Positions 8,517-15,333 of a stretch of 53,814 nucleotides of DNA are shown here, piece by piece (the stretch's first letter is position 1; every line of letters begins with the position of its first letter). The DNA is taken from IMG/VR virus record IMGVR_UViG_3300022407_002984, positions 1-53,814 of that record; one strand, 5' to 3'. The DNA is from a virus. Its lineage: Duplodnaviria > Caudoviricetes. The position numbers and the translations under genes were made by a program. The notes beneath the pieces are model-generated. The model made no database searches. It saw only the letters and a program-made list of their open reading frames with translations, and was not told where the DNA came from.

Positions 8517-8531
8517 GTAAATTTATTTTAA

Positions 8532-8975
8532 ATGAAATCAAATCAATTAGATTATCTAAAATATTGGAGAGTCATCAGACAGTTTATGAAAATCAAATAT
8601 GGCTTAAATCAAGCAGACCTTGATATGCTATTATTCTTATACTCAGAGAAGTATTTTGATAGAGGAAAGTTTGAAGAGTTTGATAACCTTCTTGGTTGGG
8701 ACAAACAAAGATTTGAGAACCTAAGACAAGCCGGTTGGATTGTTGTCTTTAGAAAAAGAATGGGAGCACGAAAAGCTATATACCAATTATCAATAAAGTC
8801 AAACCGAATGATTCAGTCTATATATAGAAAACTAAGCGGGGAAGAAATCCCCGTTAGTAGTGCTAATAATAAAATGTTCGCTAAGAATGTATCCTTCTCA
8901 GATAAAGTCTATCGTAATATGATTATAGAAATGAATAAGACTATAAAACAACAACGACATCAGACTCCCGAATAA
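8532..8975 (+). CDS. Winged-helix (MarR-like) DNA-binding protein
   Basis: GLNQADLDMLLFL...FENLRQAGWIVVFRK...AIYQLSIK pattern; only + strand gene in the block. Confidence 0.6.
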   Translation: MKSNQLDYLKYWRVIRQFMKIKYGLNQADLDMLLFLYSEKYFDRGKFEEFDNLLGWDKQRFENLRQAGWIVVFRKRMGARKAIYQLSIKSNRMIQSIYRKLSGEEIPVSSANNKMFAKNVSFSDKVYRNMIIEMNKTIKQQRHQTPE

Positions 8976-9198
8976 TAGTATACTGCTTGTCATTAATTAA
9001 CATTGTAAATCCGTGGGCTTTATCGTAGTAAATGTCATCACCACTTTTAATATTTGGTACATCGGTACCTGATTCAATTACTACTCCACGCTTATATCTC
9101 ATTTGGTTTGCATCCTCTCCCGATAAGATTAATCCTGATTCTGTTTTCAACTCTTCATCAATTGTTTTGATGACAATGTATTTTCCGATTGGTTTCAT
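8941..9198 (-). CDS. groES: Co-chaperonin GroES (phage-encoded)
   Basis: MKPIGKYIVIK, KTESGLIL mobile loop, IKSGDDIYY, IIRESDVVVVL. Confidence 0.93.
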   Translation of the reverse strand: MKPIGKYIVIKTIDEELKTESGLILSGEDANQMRYKRGVVIESGTDVPNIKSGDDIYYDKAHGFTMLINDKQYTIIRESDVVVVL

Positions 9199-9677
9199 AT
9201 TTTCTTTTTTATATTTTTTGCTCTAAAATTATCTGTTTGTGAATGACAATTAGGACACACTATTTGTAGGTTGGAAATCTCGTTATTGGTATTAACACCA
9301 TCAATATGATGAAGCTCAAGTGTAATTGGTGAACCTAACCAGTCTGAAAGATTACAAATACTACATCTGTACTCTGCTTTTTTTAACATTATCTTTCTTA
9401 CTGTTTGAACGTGAATCTTCTCTCCGTTTAAATGCTTGGCGTTTGATTTTCTATCCCAAGTAGCTTTAGTTCTCTCTATCTTTATTGGAGAGTTATTTAA
9501 AGCATAATAGTCAATCTTATCCATTACACCACTCTTCCAATTAGCTAAGTTTTTTTTACTTATCTTATCTTTAGTCTCTGAAGTGTGTGGTCTTCCGTTT
9601 CTACAAGTCCAACTGCAGAAATTTGTAAAACCTTTTCGAACCTCAAATGAACTGTTGCATTTTTTACAAAGCTTCAT
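9195..9677 (-). CDS. HNH homing endonuclease with Zn-finger and NUMOD3-like motif
   Basis: CKKC...FCSWTC, HTSETKDKIS, CSIC...LELHHIDG...NNEISNLQIVCPNCH; ATG 9677 preferred over TTG 9701. Confidence 0.9.
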   Translation of the reverse strand: MKLCKKCNSSFEVRKGFTNFCSWTCRNGRPHTSETKDKISKKNLANWKSGVMDKIDYYALNNSPIKIERTKATWDRKSNAKHLNGEKIHVQTVRKIMLKKAEYRCSICNLSDWLGSPITLELHHIDGVNTNNEISNLQIVCPNCHSQTDNFRAKNIKKKI

Positions 9678-9801
9678 TAATTCTTTTTTTAATTTTATCA
9701 ATTACTACCTTAACCTCAGCAGCCCTCTCGTAGTTACCCTCAATGATATGCTTTGCCCTTAATTTTTCTAAAGATTCAACTATTCTCTCAAGAGTACTCA
9801 T
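9664..9801 (-). CDS. UVR (UvrB/UvrC)-motif microprotein (45 aa)
   Basis: Manual translation MSTLERIVESLEKLRAKHIIEGNYERAAEVKVVIDKIKKRINEAL; ExxYERAA helical-hairpin motif. Confidence 0.6.
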   Translation of the reverse strand: MSTLERIVESLEKLRAKHIIEGNYERAAEVKVVIDKIKKRINEAL

Positions 9802-9804
9802 TGT

Positions 9805-10017
9805 TTATTTTTTAGATTCGTCCTTCCAATTTAACCAAAAACCTACAGCAACAACTATGTTCATTCCCATTGATGCTACTATCTCAGATATGTCCTCGTA
9901 AATATTTAAACTTAGGTGAACGTGACCTACCATCCAAAATGGTATTGATAGGTTACACGCTACCCATATAATTGTAAATTTTACAAATTGTTTAAATTTA
10001 TGATTCGGCTGGAACAT
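9805..10017 (-). CDS. Small two-TM membrane protein
   Basis: FTIIWVACNLSIPFWMVG and IVASMGMNIVVAVGFW hydrophobic stretches; start uncertain. Confidence 0.6.
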   Translation of the reverse strand: MFQPNHKFKQFVKFTIIWVACNLSIPFWMVGHVHLSLNIYEDISEIVASMGMNIVVAVGFWLNWKDESKK

Positions 10018-11611
10018 AACTACGAGCCAATGTGATTGTAGCATTGGTACTTAGAATAGTTGTCGCAACTGAAATTGCATTTTGTAATGCTGACCTTGTA
10101 ACTTTCAGCGGGTCAATTACACCCATCTTAATCAAGTCACCGTACTTACCTGTCTTTAGATTATACCCCTCACCATTAATTAATGTCCCGTGGTATACAT
10201 TATCTACTTTCAATCCAGCATTAGTTAAGATTTGAATAAGAGGTGCTTGTAATGCCTCGCTTACGATTCTTACCGCAGCATTTCTCTCATTATTATCTCC
10301 AATATCGTGAAAATTAAAAGACTCCTCAAACAATGCTTTACCTGCACCAGGTAAGATACCCTCCTCTAAAGCTGAACGTACCGCACACACAGCATCATCT
10401 ACTCTGTCATACAATTCCTTCTGCTCCAAGTCAGTTTGTCCGCCCACAAAAATCACGCCAATTCCTCCTGTTAGTGAAGCAATTCTCTCCAATAAAAAGT
10501 CCTTCTCGTTCTTTTTATTTGCATTTTTATGTGCCTCCCATAACTGAGCTACTCTCTCATCAACTTGCTTTTGATTGGTACGTGCATCTGACTTAATGAT
10601 TACAGTCTTGTCTTTGCTTACAATTATTTTTGCAGCGTGTCCTAAGTCTCCGTAATTCATAATACTCAAATCATCACCGGTCTTCTCACTGAAGTAAGTA
10701 GCACCTACACTAATTGCAATATCGTGCATTAACTCGTGTTGCTTGTATCCGAAACTCGGAGGAGCAACCGCACATATCTTAACGCTACCTTTCATCACAT
10801 TCGCTGCCAATGTATTTACCACATTCGCATTACAAGGTGATATAATCAATAACTTCTTTCCTTCTGTAATAATTGGTTTTAATATGTTCTCAATCTGAAG
10901 AATATTTGCTATCTCCATATCAGCAACTAATACCATCACGTCCTCGAGCACACACTCGTCTTTCTTTTGCTCATTAATAAACATTGGACTTAAGTATCCT
11001 CTGTCAAATTTTAAACCCATAGTGGTCTCCGCATACGTCTCATCGTTCTGACTCTTTTCCACCGTTACAATCCCATTTTTTCCAACGTCTTTGTAAACCT
11101 CAGCAATAATCTTTCCTGTATCACGGTCATTATTAGCCGATATAGTAGCCACATCAGCTAACATTGAGCTCGATACCTTCTTGCTACGTCTTCGTAACCT
11201 ATCCACCACCTTATCACCTAAGTCATTTAAGTGTCTCAATACCTCTGTTCTGTTCAAATCCTCAGTAATATGAACTAATCCACCAAGAACTAACGCCTCA
11301 GTTAACACAATCGCAGTTGTTGTACCATCACCCGCAGATGATGCAGTACGCTCAGCAGCTTCCTTCATCATTTTAACGGCAAGGTTCTCAGAAGGGTCTA
11401 TCAAATCAATAGCTTTAGCAACTGTTACACCATCTTTAGTAACAGTAATCCCGTGTGTGTGTGATGGGCTCTCAATTAGTACCGTATTCCCTCCAGGACC
11501 TAACGTACTCTTAACCGCTTTGGACATTTTAACAACGCCACTTACTAATTTCTTTCTACCATTCTCACCAAAGAACAAATCTTTAGGAGAATAACCTTGA
11601 TTTTCTAACAT
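9998..11611 (-). CDS. groEL: Chaperonin GroEL (phage-encoded)
   Basis: TLGPGG, VTKDGVTVA, AGDGTTTA, FDRGYLSP, GVIDPLKVTRSALQNA; no GGM tail. Confidence 0.97.
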   Translation of the reverse strand: MLENQGYSPKDLFFGENGRKKLVSGVVKMSKAVKSTLGPGGNTVLIESPSHTHGITVTKDGVTVAKAIDLIDPSENLAVKMMKEAAERTASSAGDGTTTAIVLTEALVLGGLVHITEDLNRTEVLRHLNDLGDKVVDRLRRRSKKVSSSMLADVATISANNDRDTGKIIAEVYKDVGKNGIVTVEKSQNDETYAETTMGLKFDRGYLSPMFINEQKKDECVLEDVMVLVADMEIANILQIENILKPIITEGKKLLIISPCNANVVNTLAANVMKGSVKICAVAPPSFGYKQHELMHDIAISVGATYFSEKTGDDLSIMNYGDLGHAAKIIVSKDKTVIIKSDARTNQKQVDERVAQLWEAHKNANKKNEKDFLLERIASLTGGIGVIFVGGQTDLEQKELYDRVDDAVCAVRSALEEGILPGAGKALFEESFNFHDIGDNNERNAAVRIVSEALQAPLIQILTNAGLKVDNVYHGTLINGEGYNLKTGKYGDLIKMGVIDPLKVTRSALQNAISVATTILSTNATITLARSYVPAES

Positions 11612-11637
11612 TTGATTTAATTTTTAATTGTTTAGTG

Positions 11638-11645
11638 CAAATATA
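11638..11645 (-). promoter_or_regulatory. -7 promoter element for groEL operon
   Basis: TATATTTG on minus strand 26 nt upstream of the ATG. Confidence 0.65.
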
Positions 11646-11782
11646 GTACAATAAATTCTAATTAAACCCGTATTTGTAAAAAATATTTGATAGAAGTACA
11701 ATAATTATGTATAAAAATACACACATTAGAAATTTTTTCATTTCATCAGGTGTAGGATTGGGGTCTTGGTTGTATGTTATCA

Positions 11783-11975
11783 TTATGTCGAATGTCAATT
11801 TTAGGTATTCCTATATATATATATATAATTTCCCTTTATTATATTTTTTTTTCCACTATATTCTCTTCTTTTTTTCGACATTATCGACATAAAAGAAATA
11901 ATATATTAATAATCAAATAGTTAGAAAAATCAAATCGTCGCAAAAACGTCGTAAAATATAACCAATTATGTCGAT
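11783..11975. other. Origin-like element A
   Basis: Inverted TGTCG/CGACA half-sites around a (TA)n/T-rich core; same layout as 23191-23349. Confidence 0.45.
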
Positions 11976-11981
11976 TATTAA

Positions 11982-12013
11982 TAAAAAGATACCCACATAG
12001 ATTATATGTGGGT
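11982..12013 (-). terminator. Intrinsic terminator
   Basis: acccacata (11991-11999)/tatgtgggt (12005-12013) stem, followed on minus strand by atcttttta. Confidence 0.7.
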
Positions 12014-12033
12014 TTCCTAAAGTTTAATTTTGA

Positions 12034-12270
12034 CTATGAATAGTCCTCTGACATATCAGACATCATCTCTCCCATAGCTGTTCCTTTTGCTACGATAGAA
12101 ACTTTCTCAGCAATCTTCATTGCTCTTTTAACTTGAGCTGCCTGTGCAATTCCAGTTTGTCCATCAGGGCGATTGTTAATCAACATACCATCTTTAACTG
12201 TAAGACCACTCAAAGACCCTACGTTCTTTTGTTGGTATATACTGTTTCCTAAGTTTAATCTCTGTTTCAT
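12034..12270 (-). CDS. Hypothetical protein (78 aa), monocistronic
   Basis: ATG 12270; promoter TATCTTTG at 12295-12302; own terminator. Confidence 0.7.
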   Translation of the reverse strand: MKQRLNLGNSIYQQKNVGSLSGLTVKDGMLINNRPDGQTGIAQAAQVKRAMKIAEKVSIVAKGTAMGEMMSDMSEDYS

Positions 12271-12330
12271 CTTTTTGTTTTTTAAAAGTTTAGACAAAGA
12301 TATAATTTTTATTAGATAATAGTAGTGTTT

Positions 12331-12535
12331 GGGCTATACCCCCATTTGACGTCAACTGCCCTCGGGGGAAAGTCGATATTTAAAAAAGGGGTGGGGGTTA
12401 CATTTCCAAAACTTCGCCCCGACTTTTTGGCTTTTTTGGTTGGCACCTTTGTACCCGTACCCGTCCGTCCGTTTCCCCTTGGTGCACCCGTTCCCGTTTC
12501 CCCGTTTTCCCTTTGCCCTTTCCATTTGTTGCACG
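12331..12535. other. GC-rich repetitive non-coding tract at strand switch; candidate terminus/packaging site
   Basis: Repeated CCCGT/CCGT/CCCTT units and G-runs in an otherwise AT-rich genome; transcription diverges here. Confidence 0.5.
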
Positions 12536-12671
12536 ATAATAGACTTTGCCTAACATCACGCCCACATTTTGCAACCTCAAATATTTCACAATAACCAAAC
12601 TGCCTCAAACCTTTGTAAACATTGGCAAAATATGAGCTCATAAAATTTAACAAAAATTTAAGAGTTTTTAT

Positions 12672-12702
12672 TTTGTATTGTGAAAGTAATGTTTTATATT
12701 TG
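12672..12702 (+). promoter_or_regulatory. Early promoter P1
   Basis: TTTG (12672-12675), 19-nt spacer, TATATTTG (12695-12702): Bacteroidota -33/-7 consensus. Confidence 0.75.
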
Positions 12703-12802
12703 TACCTGTATTGATATAGTAATTAAAAAAGCTATTAAAAACATTAACAAAATATTAACAAAATTTTAACATTATTTATTTTTTAATATCAATTTAATGT
12801 GC

Positions 12803-12810
12803 TATATTTG
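12803..12810 (+). promoter_or_regulatory. Early promoter P2 (-7 element)
   Basis: TATATTTG 47 nt upstream of ATG 12858. Confidence 0.65.
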
Positions 12811-12857
12811 TACTATAAATATTAAACAATTAATCATTAACAATTAAAACCTTTAAA

Positions 12858-13211
12858 ATGAAAACACAAACACAAAACACAAGCGTTAAATTAAGTTTAA
12901 CCGAAAAACAAACTTTGCTAAAAAACAAAGAGCAAAAAAGTACTTTCGACTTTGTCAAGTTAGCAAATGTAACGGACAAAATAGAAAATAAAACGGCTTC
13001 GAAAGTCTACAAAAATTGTATTGCCAACCCTGAAATTAAGAATATTTTAGGAAGTAACAAGGTGCCAACCTTTGCGGAGTTTCTTACAAAGTTACCTATT
13101 AAGCCAAGCTATTCAAATTGGATAGGATATTTAACCCTTGCAAAATTCAATACTAAAAACGAGCTGAAAAAGAAAGTAGAGAGACAAAATAAAACTGAGG
13201 CGAAAAAGTAA
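12858..13211 (+). CDS. First early protein, basic, unknown function
   Basis: 117-aa ORF after tandem promoters with A-rich leader. Confidence 0.75.
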   Translation: MKTQTQNTSVKLSLTEKQTLLKNKEQKSTFDFVKLANVTDKIENKTASKVYKNCIANPEIKNILGSNKVPTFAEFLTKLPIKPSYSNWIGYLTLAKFNTKNELKKKVERQNKTEAKK

Positions 13212-13222
13212 GCCAATGACAA

Positions 13223-13741
13223 AGGGGCTTTGTATGTGATACATTAATAGAAAGCGAAATTCTAAGCCCCTCAAAATACAAGTAAAAAACACACTAAAAA
13301 CAATTTGCCGAAATGGTATAATAGCGAAATGCTTATAAATTGTTAACACGTGAAAAAGTTTTGGACATATTGATTAAGATAATTTTTAGGTATGAAATGA
13401 CGTGAAAATTTTCGATAGGCAAAGGACTTGCCCAATCAATACGACTTAATTCAAGGTTTTAAACGACTGAAAATATTTAAAAGCGTTTACACGTGCATAG
13501 GTATATTATATACCAACGTGACCGAGCCTATACATAATGCGTGTATAGTGGTATCTATTGGCGGAATAACTTAATGCTATCTACAATAATTGTAGGTACT
13601 CCAATATGGTATAGGTAATGGATTAATAGAATAAAATGGAATATCTAAAGAGATACAAATACAATTTAACCCAACCTATGAGGTGGAATATAATTGCGTA
13701 GCTATTGGAATAGTTTATAGAGAGCGAAACTCTACTACGCA
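13223..13741 (+). ncRNA. Candidate structured ncRNA flanked by two tRNA-top-half-like elements
   Basis: No + strand ORF in track; nested stems; elements 13223-13271 and 13695-13741 have identical topology with compensatory changes. Confidence 0.6.
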
Positions 13742-13763
13742 CTAACTTTAAAACCAATTTACA

Positions 13764-13901
13764 ATGAGAACAACCTTAAACACAATCTTAGCTTTTATAG
13801 GTTTATTAGCTAACAATGACACTACTTTTGCAATAGTAGTAACATTATTATTAATTATTAATTTAATACCATTATTTGTACCGAAAGATGAAAGTAATTA
13901 A
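13764..13901 (+). CDS. Small membrane protein (45 aa)
   Basis: Manual translation MRTTLNTILAFIGLLANNDTTFAIVVTLLLIINLIPLFVPKDESN; aaaccaattt leader. Confidence 0.65.
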   Translation: MRTTLNTILAFIGLLANNDTTFAIVVTLLLIINLIPLFVPKDESN

Positions 13902-14070
13902 AAAGTATTCTGGAAATTATCAAATATATATTGATGATATATATGTAGGTAGTATTGACAAATTAGAGAGTAATGAGTGGGTTTGTTTAGATAAATATGA
14001 CAGACCATTTGAAATGTGTAACACAAAAAAATATGCTCTTACATTATTTTATGTAGGAGTTAACGTATAA
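13888..14070 (+). CDS. Hypothetical early protein
   Basis: ATG 13888 (MKVIKK...), packed operon. Confidence 0.65.
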   Translation: MKVIKKYSGNYQIYIDDIYVGSIDKLESNEWVCLDKYDRPFEMCNTKKYALTLFYVGVNV

Positions 14071-14077
14071 AATTAAT

Positions 14078-14233
14078 ATGAGAACGGAATTAACAGACAT
14101 ATCGAAGTGGCTTTATATATATAGCAATCCAAAAAGTGATGCTGAATTTAATAGAGCTGAAAAAGAATTAAATAAAGTCCATAGTAAGTATGGCACAATA
14201 GACTTAAGTATAATCAAATCTTTAATCAATTAA
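14078..14233 (+). CDS. Hypothetical early protein (51 aa)
   Basis: Manual translation MRTELTDISKWLYIYSNP...; fills gap. Confidence 0.6.
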   Translation: MRTELTDISKWLYIYSNPKSDAEFNRAEKELNKVHSKYGTIDLSIIKSLIN

Positions 14234-14237
14234 AATT

Positions 14238-14528
14238 ATGAATTATATAGAACCAATTAAAGAACAATTAGATAAAAACCTACACGAACAATGTGTAATG
14301 TTTATGTTAATAGGAACACCAAGCGAAAGTCCAAGGTGGATGAACTTCGGAGGGTTCGATAATGAAACAAAAGTGTTAACAATACAAAGCACTCAAACAA
14401 GGAATATCTTTTTCAATGTTGAAACCGACTTTGATTTTCACATTGAGGTTCACGAATTTTGGGCACAATTCAAAGAGTATAGAACTAAATTTTTATTAGA
14501 TAATTATCCAACAATTAATCCTTATTAA
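14238..14528 (+). CDS. Hypothetical early protein
   Basis: ORF track; packed operon. Confidence 0.7.
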   Translation: MNYIEPIKEQLDKNLHEQCVMFMLIGTPSESPRWMNFGGFDNETKVLTIQSTQTRNIFFNVETDFDFHIEVHEFWAQFKEYRTKFLLDNYPTINPY

Positions 14529-14529
14529 C

Positions 14530-14757
14530 ATGGCACTTTATGAAATAGTTATGGGTAATCGTTCGGGAGATACGAATTACTCAAGATTAATATTATCAAA
14601 TGAACCTTTAGATGAGGAAAATATAGATAGTGTACTACATATAGACAGAAGTTATGGCGAATATGTTTTATCAGTAAGTATAGCTACAGTATCTATAAAC
14701 TCTTGGGACGAAAAAGAAGAAGAAGAATTAATTAATATTAGAAAACAATTATTATGA
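14530..14757 (+). CDS. Hypothetical acidic early protein
   Basis: ORF track; ATGA overlap with next gene. Confidence 0.7.
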   Translation: MALYEIVMGNRSGDTNYSRLILSNEPLDEENIDSVLHIDRSYGEYVLSVSIATVSINSWDEKEEEELINIRKQLL

Positions 14758-14966
14758 CAGACATAACACATTACTCAGACCAAGAATTAAGCCTTATGTT
14801 TTTAAACGATGAGCCATTGTACAAAGAATTTATGAGGGCAGTAATAAGAGAAGACTTTACAATGCTTCAAGAAGTAGCTGCAAAGTTTTTTATATTCAAC
14901 GAAGAACAATTAGAAGATTTAAAGGAAACATTTAAACAAGAAGTAACTGAAACCAATTTATTATGA
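14754..14966 (+). CDS. Hypothetical acidic early protein
   Basis: ORF track; YSDQELSLMFLNDEPLY. Confidence 0.7.
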   Translation: MTDITHYSDQELSLMFLNDEPLYKEFMRAVIREDFTMLQEVAAKFFIFNEEQLEDLKETFKQEVTETNLL

Positions 14967-15307
14967 AATTTAAAATAGACAGACCAATAAATGGGTCTTA
15001 CACACTAAAGATAACGCACGAAGAAACTGATGATTTCTCTTGGGTAAAAAAATATGGCGAAAGAACAATAGAAAAAGAAAGATTAGATTTTATAAGGATT
15101 GATGACCAAGTAATCAAAGGTTGGATTGATGATGATGGAGTTGGTCATAGAACAAGAATAGAAACTAATGAAATAATAGAAGTAAATACGCTTGAAGAAT
15201 TATACGCCATCACTAAAGAAAATGAAGGCAAAATAGTATTTAGTACTAATAGATGGAGAAAAGATTTAGATGGTTGGATAGAAATTTACGATGATTACAG
15301 AGAATAA
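14963..15307 (+). CDS. Hypothetical early protein
   Basis: ORF track; EVNTLEEL...IEIYDDYRE C-terminus. Confidence 0.7.
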   Translation: MKFKIDRPINGSYTLKITHEETDDFSWVKKYGERTIEKERLDFIRIDDQVIKGWIDDDGVGHRTRIETNEIIEVNTLEELYAITKENEGKIVFSTNRWRKDLDGWIEIYDDYRE

Positions 15308-15333
15308 TATAAACAATTTAAAACCAATTTATT

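Noticed and set aside
9195-10017. Group I intron carrying the HNH gene
   Set aside because: Flanking groEL and groES are complete and the interval is filled with ORFs; no intron core seen.
11707-11892. + strand 61-aa ORF
   Set aside because: Low-complexity translation of the (TA)n/T-rich origin-like core.
12312-12653. Four overlapping ORFs across the GC-rich tract
   Set aside because: They arise from stop-codon scarcity in a GC-rich repeat; there are no plausible leaders and they overlap in conflicting frames.
13131-13349. Minus-strand 72-aa ORF
   Set aside because: Antisense to the early operon, non-ATG start, overlaps a real gene.
13223-13741. Possible tRNA genes or CRISPR-like array
   Set aside because: The elements are 47-49 nt, lack an anticodon arm and TTC loop, and there are only two copies with non-identical sequence. 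No repeat-spacer array was seen anywhere in the window.
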